Positions 63,440-64,000 of a stretch of 64,000 bases of DNA are shown here, piece by piece (position 1 is the stretch's first letter; each line of letters starts with the position of its first letter). The translations under genes and the position numbers were made by a program. The notes under the pieces are model-generated. The model saw only the letters and a program-made list of their open reading frames with translations. It did no database searches and had not been told where the DNA came from. Location: NCBI RefSeq assembly GCF_963921235.1, contig NC_086109.1:14510001-14574000 (forward strand). The letters run 5' to 3'. The stretch comes from Mobula hypostoma. Taxonomy: Eukaryota.

Positions 63440-64000
63440 GCACAGGTCCACCAGCATTCAAGGCCCTAAAAAGTCCTTCCAGGTGAGGCGGCACTTCAGC
63501 TGTGAGCCTGTTGAGGTCAACTACTGTATTTGGTATAGACTCCTCTTGACTGGGGATTGCCTTCATTGAGCACCACTGCTCTGTCCGCCTCAACAAGAAG
63601 GATCTCCTGGTTGCCACCCATTTCAATTCCACTTCCCATTCCCACACTGACATATCTGTCCATGGTTTTCTCTATTGCCAAAATGAGGTCACACTCAGAT
63701 TAGAGGATTAACACCTGAATAAACACCCGAAAGGAAGGGGGATGATGCTAGAATAAGAAGGCAGGGGGGTGTGGAAGGAGAACAAGCTGGAAGGTGATAG
63801 GTGAAGCCAGGTGGGAGGGTCAGAGGGGAAAGAAGTAAGAAGCTGGGTGGTGAGAGGTAGAAAAGATACAGGGGCTGGAGAATAAAGAATCTGATAGGAG
63901 AAGAAAGTGGGCCATGGGAGAAAGGGAAAGAGGAGGGCCACCAGGGGCAGGTGATAGGCATATGAGGAGAAAAGGTAACAGGCCAGAATGGGGAACTGAA
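63440..64000. mobile_element. Penelope remnant: GIY-YIG region on + (IQGPKKSFQVRRHFSCEPVEVNYCI), followed by an inverted terminal segment running off the window
   Basis: Translation similar to the Penelope endonuclease region; purine-rich inverted terminal repeat from about 63730. Confidence 0.75.

Overview
Vertebrate nuclear DNA, about half of it repeats. The repeat mix (V-SINEs, CR1, Rex1/Babar-like LINEs, Penelope remnants) suggests a cartilaginous fish, probably a ray; that assignment is inference. The whole window lies within the 5' part of one minus-strand spliced gene, a PLEKHA6-type member of the WW-PH PLEKHA5/6/7 family. Reading by hand gives seven phase-compatible GT-AG coding exons, which the ORF track mostly misses: 52562-52531, 34254-34171, 26967-26829, 24255-24151, 16545-16473, 15244-15144 and 919-804, the last with an alternative in-frame acceptor at 979. 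They join into MLKFRADRKKSHNERTTTFQDPVTGVVPIENCIFKLEDKPLSNMSNRTEVRGEGGGGEGLRPVSIASEISNHTLVSENSQEQALKTSKGSKKNASFGKRSNSMKRNPKANVLKRGWLFKQASSGVKSWNKRWFVLADRCLFYYRDEKEEAVLASIPLFSFRISPVQPADNITRKHAFK[LIINRQVKNIHSNDRCINYQ]AEHTGIRTYYLSAENKSEMEDWINAMNEAASIQTVPLT..., and the gene continues beyond position 1. The most notable non-genic signals are: (1) about a dozen minimal hammerhead-ribozyme motifs in Penelope terminal repeats, including a young, TSD-flanked, perfect 97-bp-arm palindrome with an intact hammerhead core; (2) a 1.3-kb 23-bp variant minisatellite grown inside a Penelope end; (3) a mariner-type palindromic MITE; and (4) an 80-bp hAT-type MITE family. I found no CRISPR, no prokaryotic genes and no convincing wholly new system. 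Almost all ORFs in the supplied track are spurious or TE-derived. TE boundaries are approximate.
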